A DNA stretch of 64,000 bases from an uncultured Oscillibacter sp. (GTDB taxonomy: Bacteria; Bacillota; Clostridia; Oscillospirales; Oscillospiraceae): positions 11,999-75,998 of the forward strand of contig CATLJA010000003.1 of assembly GCA_949959305.1 (NCBI GenBank), given 5' to 3'. The position numbers were made by a program, and so were the translations under genes. Positions within the stretch are counted from its first letter, which is position 1, and each line of letters opens with the position of its first letter. A model generated the notes under the pieces. The model ran no database searches. It worked only from the letters and a program-made list of their open reading frames with translations, and was not told where the DNA came from. Below, in pieces: positions 10,448-18,735 of the stretch.

Positions 10448-11329
10448 TCAGCCCAAAGGCTCCGGGTAGGTCACGTCCGGCCTGGGGCATCCCAGGGCGG
10501 CGATGTTTTCCTCCGTCAGGGGCTGGAAGTCGGGCTTGATTTCCTCCGCCCCGTCCAGGAGGCTGTCCCGCCACGCCTCATAGGCCGCCCCGTCCACCGG
10601 GGGGACAGTCCAGGTCTCATAGGCGCCGCCTTCCGGGACCGAGATCCTTCCCCAGTTCCGGTTTTCCGAGAGGAGGAAGTAGACCAGCCCGTCTCCGTCC
10701 GCGTCCGCGTCCTTCGGGAACGCGCCGGGGTTCCGGCGGCTGTCCCAGGCGTCCACGGCCCCCGCCTCCGCGTACGTCCCCGCCTCCGGTTCATAGCGGT
10801 AGAGGGTATGGGGCCAGAAGTCCATGGCCCAGCCCTGGTTGTGGGACCAGTCCGCCCGGAGCGCGCCGTTATTGTAGAAGGTCAGAGCCGGGAATTCGGA
10901 CAGCTCCAACCGAAGCTCCCTGTCCGTATAGCCGTAAACCAGCCCCCGCATCCCGGCCACGCAGGCTGTGGTCCAGTAAACAACCAGCTCCTCCGCCCCG
11001 TCGCCGTTCACGTCGGCAATGGCGAATTGGTTCCCCTCCTGAGGGCCCAGGTCCGTGGTGCGCTCCAGCTCCTCTCCGCCGGGGAGGAGGCCCAGCTGGT
11101 ACATATCCCACAGCGCCCTCCCGTAGGCCAGCCGCCGGGCCTCGTCCTCCGGGACGGGCGGGACTTCCTCCGGCGGGGGAGCCTCCTCCAGGGCTGTTTC
11201 CGTGGCGGAGGACCGCTCCCCCCTGGCGGCAAACGTCTCCGGGCGCCGCTCCGCGCCGCAGGCGCTCAGCGCCCCCAGCAGCAGCCCGGAAACAAAAATC
11301 CCGCAGAGCAGCCAGATAAACTGCTTCAT
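10448..11329 (-). CDS. Hypothetical lipoprotein
   Basis: Lipobox LSAC; DVNGDG and DADGDG Ca-binding-like motifs. Confidence 0.7.
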   Translation of the reverse strand: MKQFIWLLCGIFVSGLLLGALSACGAERRPETFAARGERSSATETALEEAPPPEEVPPVPEDEARRLAYGRALWDMYQLGLLPGGEELERTTDLGPQEGNQFAIADVNGDGAEELVVYWTTACVAGMRGLVYGYTDRELRLELSEFPALTFYNNGALRADWSHNQGWAMDFWPHTLYRYEPEAGTYAEAGAVDAWDSRRNPGAFPKDADADGDGLVYFLLSENRNWGRISVPEGGAYETWTVPPVDGAAYEAWRDSLLDGAEEIKPDFQPLTEENIAALGCPRPDVTYPEPLG

Positions 11330-11371
11330 AGCGTCCCTTCTTTCTGATGGAATCTTCTGCCTCCGCTATTA

Positions 11372-11400
11372 TAGACGCTCGGACGGAGGCTTTTGTTACG
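11372..11400 (-). promoter_or_regulatory. Putative ECF-sigma promoter of the lipoprotein gene
   Basis: Minus strand CGTAAC-N17-CGTCTA, resembles SigX/SigW-type AAC/CGT promoters. Confidence 0.5.
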
Positions 11401-11485
11401 AAATTTTTACAAAATTTTCTCTCCGTATGCCCGGCCCTCCCTTCACATATACTATACGAAGCAATCAGCATGAAAGGAGAGCCCC

Positions 11486-12127
11486 ATGGAATCACATTAT
11501 CCCTTCACCCTCCCGCCCCTGCCCTACGGCTACGACGCGCTGCTGCCGGAAATCGGGGAGCGGACGCTGCATTTTCACCATGACAAGCACTTTGCCGCGT
11601 ATATCGAAAACCTGAACAAGCTCCTGGAGAAGCACCCGGACGTTCAAAGCTGGCCTCTGGAGCGGCTGGTCCAGGAGTGGCCCCGCCTGCCGGAGGACAT
11701 CCGCCAGGGCGTGCGGAACAACGCCGGGGGCGTGTACAACCACGACCTCTACTTCAAGACCATGGCCCCCGGCCCGGCCTCCTCCCCCTCCGGCCCCCTG
11801 GCGGACGCCGTCGTCCGGGACTTCGGGGACCTGGAGGGCCTGAAAACCGCCATGAAGAACGCCGCCCTGGGGCAGTTCGGCTCCGGCTGGGCCTGGCTGG
11901 TCAGCGACAGCGAGGGGCGGCTCTCCGTGGTGAAGACCCCCAACCAGGACGTTCCCCTGCCCCTGGTCCCCCTGCTTTTGTGCGACGTGTGGGAGCACGC
12001 CTATTACCTGGACTTCCAGAACCGCCGGGGGGACTATTTCGAGAGCTGGTGGCGGCGGGCGGACTGGCCGGTGGTCTCCAAGACCTACGACGCACTGCTG
12101 GGGAACCGGCCCCGCCGGGCGGAGTAA
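11486..12127 (+). CDS. sodA: Fe/Mn superoxide dismutase
   Basis: LPYGYDALLP, HHDKH, NH, GQFGSGWAWL, DVWEHAYY. Confidence 0.93.
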   Translation: MESHYPFTLPPLPYGYDALLPEIGERTLHFHHDKHFAAYIENLNKLLEKHPDVQSWPLERLVQEWPRLPEDIRQGVRNNAGGVYNHDLYFKTMAPGPASSPSGPLADAVVRDFGDLEGLKTAMKNAALGQFGSGWAWLVSDSEGRLSVVKTPNQDVPLPLVPLLLCDVWEHAYYLDFQNRRGDYFESWWRRADWPVVSKTYDALLGNRPRRAE

Positions 12128-12137
12128 AAACTCCCTA

Positions 12138-12202
12138 TTGACAAACCGGGCCGTTTTGCGTATGATAAGCCTTGCAGGTGTCAAGACACCTGCAAGGCTT
12201 AT
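12138..12202 (+). promoter_or_regulatory. Sigma-A promoter overlapped by a perfect 38-bp palindrome (operator candidate)
   Basis: TTGACA(12138)-N17-TATGAT(12161); ATAAGCCTTGCAGGTGTC-AA-GACACCTGCAAGGCTTAT at 12165-12202. Confidence 0.75.
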
Positions 12203-12266
12203 TCCCCATCCGGCGGGCTCCCCGGCGGATACATAAAAATTACTACGAAAGAAACAGGTGCTTCCC

Positions 12267-13376
12267 ATGGAAAACGTCAAGGCGTTCCTGAAACGCAAAA
12301 ACATCGTGATTTCCGCCCGCCGCTACGGCATCGACGCTCTGGGCGCCATGGCCCAGGGCCTCTTCTGCTCCCTGCTCATCGGCACGATTCTCAACACCCT
12401 GGGCTCCCAGTTCCACATCGGCTTCCTGACCGCGGAGATCATCACCATCAATAAAGTGGGCTATACCATCGGCGGCATGGCCTCCTTCATGAGCGGCGCG
12501 GCCATGGCGGCGGCCATCGGCTACGCTCTCCAGGCCCCGCCCATGGTCCTCTTTTCCCTGGCGACAGTGGGCTACGCCTGCAATGCCCTGGGCGGCGCGG
12601 GGGGGCCGCTGGCGGTGCTGTTTGTCGCCATCATTGCCGCCGAGTGCGGCAAGGCCGTCAGCAAGGAGACGAAAATCGACATCCTGGTAACCCCCATCGT
12701 CACCACCCTGGCGGGCATTGGAACGGCCTGGGTCATCGCGCCCCCCATCGCCAGCGCCGCCAGCGCCTTCGGCCGGCTCATTATGCGCGCCACGGAGCTC
12801 CAGCCCTTCCTCATGGGCGTTCTGGTTTCCGTGCTGGTGGGCGTGGCCCTGACCCTGCCCATCTCCTCCGCCGCCATCTGCTCCGTCCTGGGGCTGACGG
12901 GCCTGGCGGGCGGGGCCGCCGTGGCGGGCTGCTGCGCCCAGATGGTGGGCTTCGCCGTCATGAGCTTTAAGGAGAACGGCTGGGGCGGCCTGGTGAGCCA
13001 GGGCCTGGGCACCTCCATGCTGCAAATGCCCAACATTGTGCGAAACCCCAAAATCTGGATCGCCCCCACGGTGACCTCCGCCATCACCGGGCCAATTGCC
13101 ACCTGCCTGTTCCGCCTGGAGATGAACGGCGCGGCCATCAACTCCGGCATGGGCACCTGCGGCCTCTGCGGCCAGCTGGGGGTCTGGACCGGCTGGCTGG
13201 CCCCCAGCGAGGCGGCCCTGGCCAACGGGGCGGCGGCCATTGCCCCCGGGGCCATGGACTGGGCGGGTCTGCTTCTGATCTCCTTTATCCTCCCCGCCAT
13301 CCTCTGCCCGCTGGTGAACGGGCTCTGCCGGAAGGCGGGCTGGGTGAAGGACGGAGATTTGACCCTGGCGGGCTGA
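12267..13376 (+). CDS. PTS EIIC-like membrane protein (PfoR/PfoS-like family)
   Basis: Polytopic; GAMAQGLFCSLLIGTI, LTLPISSAA, GLGTSMLQMPNI, SGMGTCGL. Confidence 0.8.
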   Translation: MENVKAFLKRKNIVISARRYGIDALGAMAQGLFCSLLIGTILNTLGSQFHIGFLTAEIITINKVGYTIGGMASFMSGAAMAAAIGYALQAPPMVLFSLATVGYACNALGGAGGPLAVLFVAIIAAECGKAVSKETKIDILVTPIVTTLAGIGTAWVIAPPIASAASAFGRLIMRATELQPFLMGVLVSVLVGVALTLPISSAAICSVLGLTGLAGGAAVAGCCAQMVGFAVMSFKENGWGGLVSQGLGTSMLQMPNIVRNPKIWIAPTVTSAITGPIATCLFRLEMNGAAINSGMGTCGLCGQLGVWTGWLAPSEAALANGAAAIAPGAMDWAGLLLISFILPAILCPLVNGLCRKAGWVKDGDLTLAG

Positions 13377-13670
13377 GCGGCGCGGACAGAAGCGGGAGGC
13401 TTCCTTATGAAAGGGAATGACTTTTTAAAAGTGCACTTAAACAAGGTGCAAGCCGGCTACAAGGCGGCTAACACGCTGGAACAGTCCGCAGGACAACGGG
13501 CATGAAGAAAGGCGGGAGGCTATAGCCTCTCGCCTAAACTTGTTTATAAACTGTAATACAAATTTCTAACCATGTGGCGTTCCGGGCCGCTCCCGGTCGG
13601 GGTGCCGACAGCTACACAGCCGCCGAAAACGCAATGCTACACTTTCAAATCGTAAAGCTGTAAAAAGTCC

Positions 13671-13910
13671 TTGCACAATCTTCCTGTATAGGATATAATG
13701 AACTTGCGAGACAGCAGAAGCATATAAAAGGCAGGCCAAGGAGGGCGGCAACCCTCCAAGGCCCTATGCAGGAGAAGCGACCTCCCACACAGCAGATTAC
13801 TGCGCCGTCCCCATTCTACCAAATATCCATAGGTTTATCAAGCATGAAATGGGAATGTGTGTTTAGCTTTCGGCGGTGTAGGGAATAAAACACCCTGCGC
13901 CGCTTTTGTT
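13671..13910 (+). promoter_or_regulatory. Sigma-A promoter with long structured leader ending in a terminator/antiterminator
   Basis: TTGCAC(13671)-N17-TATAAT(13694); terminator GCGGTGTAGGG/CCCTGCGCCGC+TTTTGTT (13873-13910); CTGCGCCG (13800-13807) can sequester its 5' strand. Confidence 0.6.
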
Positions 13911-14009
13911 GTCTTGATGGGAAAGCCCAACGGGGGCCAGGAGCGTCCCCGCCCCCACGGGCAAGTACCGTTGAGACTGAGGAAAATCTTATAAAAAGGA
14001 GCGGACAAC

Positions 14010-14957
14010 ATGAGAAAGAAAATGCTATCCCTTGCGCTGGTGCTGGTGATGTGTTTGTCGCTGGTGCCGAGTGCGTTCGCTGCTGAGACCCCCGCCGCTG
14101 ATAAGCCCGCTGAGGTTGCGGCTACGGAGGATATCTTTGCAAGGTTCATCCTTGATGACCCTGAGCTGATTTCTTCCTTCAAGTACACTGACATGGAGGC
14201 TTGGGAGAGCAACATCCGCTATATGCTCAAGCATGGGCTGTCTGAGCTTGAGTTGACCATTGATTTCACTGGTGCGTCTAATGACTGGCAAGTTTGGACA
14301 GTTCCGAGTGATGTCACGAGAAAGTATGCTTACTTGTGCTATGGCACAAAGCTCTCAGACCCTGTTACTGGTAGGCCGAGTATTCAAAGTAGAACGCTTA
14401 CTATCAAACGAGCAATGGATGATTGGTCTGTGGTTGCGCTGACAAAAGCCATCGAGGTTCATGATTCTTTATGGGCTTCTGGAAAGATTACCAGTGCGAT
14501 GACTCAAAAGGAAAAGGCCCGTGTGTATTATGACTGGCTTATCAGTCATTGTGAGTATGGCGAGTATGAGTATGATTTGTCTGAGTATGAGGACGGTTAT
14601 GCTTGCTTTGCAGGCTATGCGAGTTCTGCTTACCCTGTGTTCGTGAGCGGTAAGGGTGTTTGTGGAAATTATGCTACGACTTACAGTCTGTTTCTGAGGT
14701 TGGAAGGGATTGACTGTGCTGATGTCACTTCCACGCTTGGCAGTCATGAGTGGACTTCGGCCACTTTGGACGGCGTTCTGTATCATATTGATGCTACCTG
14801 GGGAGACACGACTGGTCAGCCCGATAAGTACTTCTGTATGACAGAGGATGCGGCCTGGGCAAGATTCGGTGGCTATGAGAAGGAACAGAAGTTCCTCCAA
14901 TCTATCAAGGATATGTGGAAAGACCTTGGCTTTGATGAGCTTGGTTTTGACTGGTAG
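14010..14957 (+). CDS. Secreted transglutaminase-like domain protein (lower GC, acquired)
   Basis: Signal peptide; GVCGNYA (Cys), HEW (His), HIDATW (Asp) triad motifs. Confidence 0.8.
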   Translation: MRKKMLSLALVLVMCLSLVPSAFAAETPAADKPAEVAATEDIFARFILDDPELISSFKYTDMEAWESNIRYMLKHGLSELELTIDFTGASNDWQVWTVPSDVTRKYAYLCYGTKLSDPVTGRPSIQSRTLTIKRAMDDWSVVALTKAIEVHDSLWASGKITSAMTQKEKARVYYDWLISHCEYGEYEYDLSEYEDGYACFAGYASSAYPVFVSGKGVCGNYATTYSLFLRLEGIDCADVTSTLGSHEWTSATLDGVLYHIDATWGDTTGQPDKYFCMTEDAAWARFGGYEKEQKFLQSIKDMWKDLGFDELGFDW

Positions 14958-14978
14958 TAAGTAACCAGTAGTTTCTAA

Positions 14979-15022
14979 AGCGGAGGGGTTCAGGCGAGTA
15001 ATCTGAGGCCCTCCGCCTTTGT
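14979..15022 (+). terminator. Intrinsic terminator after the transglutaminase-like gene
   Basis: GCGGAGGG...CCCTCCGC stem followed by CTTTG. Confidence 0.6.
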
Positions 15023-15431
15023 GTCTATGTAGTTCCGCCTGTCAGCATCTAACTATTGAGCTACTGTACTTTTTATGTCCGTTGTGTTTTGGTGCTCTGC
15101 TGGTTCGGTGGCCTGATAAAATGGTTTTGAAAGTGGCATTGCTGGGGTGTCGGCGGCTGGGAGCAAGGCGGGGAATAAGGTGGGTACGCTCCATGCAATC
15201 CCCCGCCGATAGGCTGACAAGCCCTGATAGCTGGCCCCCGTGGGGATTGCGTCGCTCTGATGCGGCCCGCTGACGCTCTCGCATTTCCTTGCGGGGCGTT
15301 CTGCGGACTATCGGGAACATGAAAAAACAGGGGGCCGGGTTTCGGCTCCCTGTCTCTTTGTCTTTGTGGCTATGTTCTCCGGGCTGGTGTTAGAAAGTAT
15401 CCTGTGGGGGGCTGTTCCTGTTTCAATATCT

Positions 15432-15569
15432 TTAAGTAAGGGAAAGCCCCGTCTCCCATTTCGAAACGGCCCGGTCCGTAATGTTCAGCCGCTCCGCCAG
15501 CTGGGCCTGGGTCAGCCCCTTCCCCTTCCGGCGCTCCATGATAAAGGTTCCGATTTTGCCCTGGTCCAT
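15432..15569 (-). pseudogene. Truncated XRE-family HTH regulator
   Basis: Manual translation MDQGKIGTFIMERRKGKGLTQAQLAERLNITDRAVSKWETGLSLT*; stops just after the WETG motif where GC drops. Confidence 0.7.
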
Positions 15570-15810
15570 ATTCCGCATCCCCTTTCCTCCCGTATCCTAC
15601 CGCCGCCGTCCCGGTTTTTCCACGAACCGCCGGTGGATTTTCCGGACTCAACCGCCGGTTGGGAGGCGTTTTTCCCATTTTACCACAGGCCCCCGGCGGT
15701 TTCCATCCCCGGTTTCCGCCGGGAAAGGCTCCGTCCCACCTTTCCCGACGGATTTTTCCCCGCCCCGGCGCTACAATGGGGGAACAACATCCTTTGAGGA
15801 GGGACAGGCT

Positions 15811-17844
15811 GTGGCATACGGGCAACTGACATTGGAACGGGAGCGGGCCGGACGGCTGATGAACCTGGGAATCCGCTTCTTCCTCTCGGCGGCGCTGACC
15901 GCCGGGCAGACCGCCGGAGGGTCCGCCCCCTTCGCCCTGGGCTGGGTGGCGGCGGCGGGACCGGGTCTGGAGGGGGGCGCGGCCCTGGCGGGGGCCTTCG
16001 CCGGAGCCGCGCTGTTCCTCCCCTTCGCCAAGGCCCTGCCCTTCCTGGCGGCGGCGGTGCTGATTACCGCCGCCGCCACGGCCCTGGGGGGCGTCTGGAT
16101 TCCCTCCCGGCCCCGGCCCATGGCCCTGACCGCGGCGGGCCTCTTTGTCACCGTGGAGGGCATTTACATTCTCCAGTCCCTTTCCCCCCTGGAGCGGCTG
16201 GCGGACTGCCTGGCGGCGGCGGCGCTGCTGGGAGCCTCGGCGCGGCTGTTTTTCCCCCTCCTCCGGGGCGGGGAGGGCCGGGAGGTGGTAGACGGCCTCG
16301 TCTTCCTGGCGGGAGCACTGGTGACGGCGGTGGAGGACCTGGAGCTTTTGGGCTTTTCCCCCGCCCGGGCCCTGCTGTGCTTCCTGGCAGCCCTGACGGC
16401 CTATGACCGGGGCCCCGCCGGGGGAGCGGCCTTCGGCCTGGGCCTGGGGCTGACGGCGGAGCTGTGCGGAAGCCGCCTGCCCCTCACCGCCGCCCTGGGG
16501 CTGGCGGGCCTGGCCGCGGGAAGCCGCCAGGGATGGCGCAGGACCGGGGCGGCCCTGGCCTTCCTGGCCTCCGCCGGGGCCGCCGCCCTGGCGGAGGGAC
16601 AGCCCCTGCCCCTGCTCCCGGAGGCGGCGGCGGGAACGGCGCTGTTCCTGGCCCTGCCGGGGCGGTTCGTGGCCGGGAAGCGGGTGCGTCCCGCCATCCC
16701 CCCCGCCCGGGAAGCGGCGGAAAAGGCGGAAGCCGCCCCCTGGCGGCGGCGGCTGGACCGGGCGGCGGCGGCCCTCCGGGACCTTTACGACAGCATCGGC
16801 CGCTCCGCGCCCCCGGCGGCGGACGAAAACCCCGCCATTGTCTTCGACCGCTCCGCCGAGAAGGTCTGCCGAGACTGCGCCCTCTGTGAGCTCTGCTGGC
16901 AGAAGGACTACACCGGCACCTTCAACGCCATGAACGACGCCACCCCCTACCTCCTGGAGCGGGGCCGGGCCCTGGCCAAGGACTTTCCGGAGTACTTCAC
17001 CGGGCGGTGCGTCCACCTGCCGGACCTTCTGGCGGCCATCAACGCCGAGCTCTCCGCCTTTCTCCTCCGCCGCCAGTACCGCCGCCAGCTGGAGGAAACC
17101 CGCCGCAGCGCCCGGGGCCAGTACGCCCAGCTCTCGGAGCTTCTGACGGCCACCGCCGCCGGGCTGGAGGCCGCCGCCCCCGCCATGGCGGCGGGGGCTC
17201 CCTGCCGGGTGGGGGCCGCCCTCCGGCCCAAGGAGGGGGAGACGGTCTGCGGGGACACCGTGGCCTCCTTTCAGACGGACCGGGGGCTCTGGTGCCTCCT
17301 CCTGGCGGACGGCATGGGCAGCGGCGAGCCCGCCCGGAAGGAGTCCGCCCTGGTCTGCCGCCTGCTCCAGCAGTTTCTGGAGGCGGGAGTGGCCCCGGAG
17401 GCGGCGCTGAAAACCCTGAACTCCGCCATGGGCCTCCGTGGGGCGGAATCCGGGGTCTTCGCCACCGTGGACCTCTGCGTTTACGACCCCGGGGCGGGGG
17501 AGGCCGCCTTCTACAAGTGCGGCGCGGCCCCCAGCTACCTGAAGCGGGGCGGCGTGGTCCGGCGGATTACCGGGGCCAGCCTTCCTGTGGGCCTCCAGGG
17601 CCCGCCGCCGGACGTGACCCGGGCCCCCCTGGCCCCCGGCGGCTTCGCCGTCATGGTCAGCGACGGCGTGGCGGACCCGGCGGAGGACGAGTGGCTTTTG
17701 AACCTTCTGGCGGGCTGGACGGGGGACGACCCCCAAAACCTGGCGGGGCTGATTCTGGCGGAGAGCGTCCGCCGGGAGCATCTCCGGGACGACTGCGGGA
17801 TACAGGTGCTGTACTGCCCGGAAAACGGGGCGGGGGAGGTTTGA
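15811..17844 (+). CDS. spoIIE: SpoIIE-like membrane PP2C phosphatase
   Basis: N-terminal TM region; VCRDCALCELCW; CGD, LADGMGSG, ATVDL, VSDGV, DD PP2C motifs; GTG start after GAGGAGG. Confidence 0.82.
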   Translation: MAYGQLTLERERAGRLMNLGIRFFLSAALTAGQTAGGSAPFALGWVAAAGPGLEGGAALAGAFAGAALFLPFAKALPFLAAAVLITAAATALGGVWIPSRPRPMALTAAGLFVTVEGIYILQSLSPLERLADCLAAAALLGASARLFFPLLRGGEGREVVDGLVFLAGALVTAVEDLELLGFSPARALLCFLAALTAYDRGPAGGAAFGLGLGLTAELCGSRLPLTAALGLAGLAAGSRQGWRRTGAALAFLASAGAAALAEGQPLPLLPEAAAGTALFLALPGRFVAGKRVRPAIPPAREAAEKAEAAPWRRRLDRAAAALRDLYDSIGRSAPPAADENPAIVFDRSAEKVCRDCALCELCWQKDYTGTFNAMNDATPYLLERGRALAKDFPEYFTGRCVHLPDLLAAINAELSAFLLRRQYRRQLEETRRSARGQYAQLSELLTATAAGLEAAAPAMAAGAPCRVGAALRPKEGETVCGDTVASFQTDRGLWCLLLADGMGSGEPARKESALVCRLLQQFLEAGVAPEAALKTLNSAMGLRGAESGVFATVDLCVYDPGAGEAAFYKCGAAPSYLKRGGVVRRITGASLPVGLQGPPPDVTRAPLAPGGFAVMVSDGVADPAEDEWLLNLLAGWTGDDPQNLAGLILAESVRREHLRDDCGIQVLYCPENGAGEV

Positions 17845-17882
17845 CCTCCCCCGCCCTTTTTATCAAAAGCCGCCCCCCGAAA

Positions 17883-18707
17883 TCAGGAATCTTCCGTTAT
17901 TTTTACTCCGGTCAGGGTTCCGTATCCGAGAGAATTCGGATGCGCGAAGTCCCGGACGGTCTCCACGCGGACAGTACCCCTCTCGCCGGGAAACGTCCGC
18001 ATGACGCCGCGGAACCCCCCGCCGCTCAGGCTCTCCCCGTTGGAGATCAGAACGTCCCGGAAAAAGCACACCGCCTCTCCGTTGTAGTACCACTGGTCCT
18101 CCCCGGCGTCATAGGTGACGCCGAAGGGCGCGTATTCCTCCGCCATGGCCTTCCGCTCCTCCGCCGTCAGCTCCTCGCCTCCGGCCACGGCGGTAGGAGG
18201 CGCGGGATTTCGAATCGCCTCCACGTCCCGGGCGGCAAACGCCTCCTCCGAAAATGCCTCCACGCCCGCCAGCGTCCCGCTGGGGTCATAGGAGCCGTCG
18301 GCGCGGCGGGCAAGCCCGCTCCGGTCCCGGACGGCGTACACGTCCACCGTGCCGTTTTCGTTGAAGAAGTCCGTCCCCGCCTGCGCGCCGTCCTCCGATA
18401 ACGGGTAGTAGTCCTCAAACCACCGCACCAGCCCGCCGTCAAACCACAGCTCGTTTTTTTCCGCGTCGTACAGCAGGCCGAAGGGCTCGTAGGGCCGAAA
18501 CCGCTCCGCGGGATCGGCCTCCCGCTCCTCCTCTCCGGCAAACGCCGTGAGGGAGGCGGCCGCGCCCTCCGGAAGGCCCGCCGCCGTCAGGGCGGGGCCG
18601 CCGTCTCTTGTCTCGGCCGAGGGGCCGCACCCGGCCAGGCACCCCGCCAGCAGCGCGCCGCACAGGGCCGCCGCAAGCCGCTTTGCCCCCGTCCATGTTA
18701 TATCCAT
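17883..18707 (-). CDS. Hypothetical lipoprotein with two internal repeats
   Basis: Lipobox LAGC; YEPFGLLYD..ELWFDG.LVRWFED and YAPFGVTYD..QWYYNG.AVCFFRD repeats. Confidence 0.65.
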   Translation of the reverse strand: MDITWTGAKRLAAALCGALLAGCLAGCGPSAETRDGGPALTAAGLPEGAAASLTAFAGEEEREADPAERFRPYEPFGLLYDAEKNELWFDGGLVRWFEDYYPLSEDGAQAGTDFFNENGTVDVYAVRDRSGLARRADGSYDPSGTLAGVEAFSEEAFAARDVEAIRNPAPPTAVAGGEELTAEERKAMAEEYAPFGVTYDAGEDQWYYNGEAVCFFRDVLISNGESLSGGGFRGVMRTFPGERGTVRVETVRDFAHPNSLGYGTLTGVKITEDS

Positions 18708-18735
18708 GTCTGCGTTCCTCCTTTCCATGCCTCCG

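Noticed and set aside
13700-14000. c-di-GMP or c-di-AMP riboswitch before the secreted protein
   Set aside because: Consensus words of those classes were not found; kept only as an unclassified leader
13411-15444. AAGGGAA direct repeat at both edges of the islet as a target-site duplication
   Set aside because: Only 7 bp, and joining there still leaves the XRE gene truncated (GLSLS*), so it is not convincing
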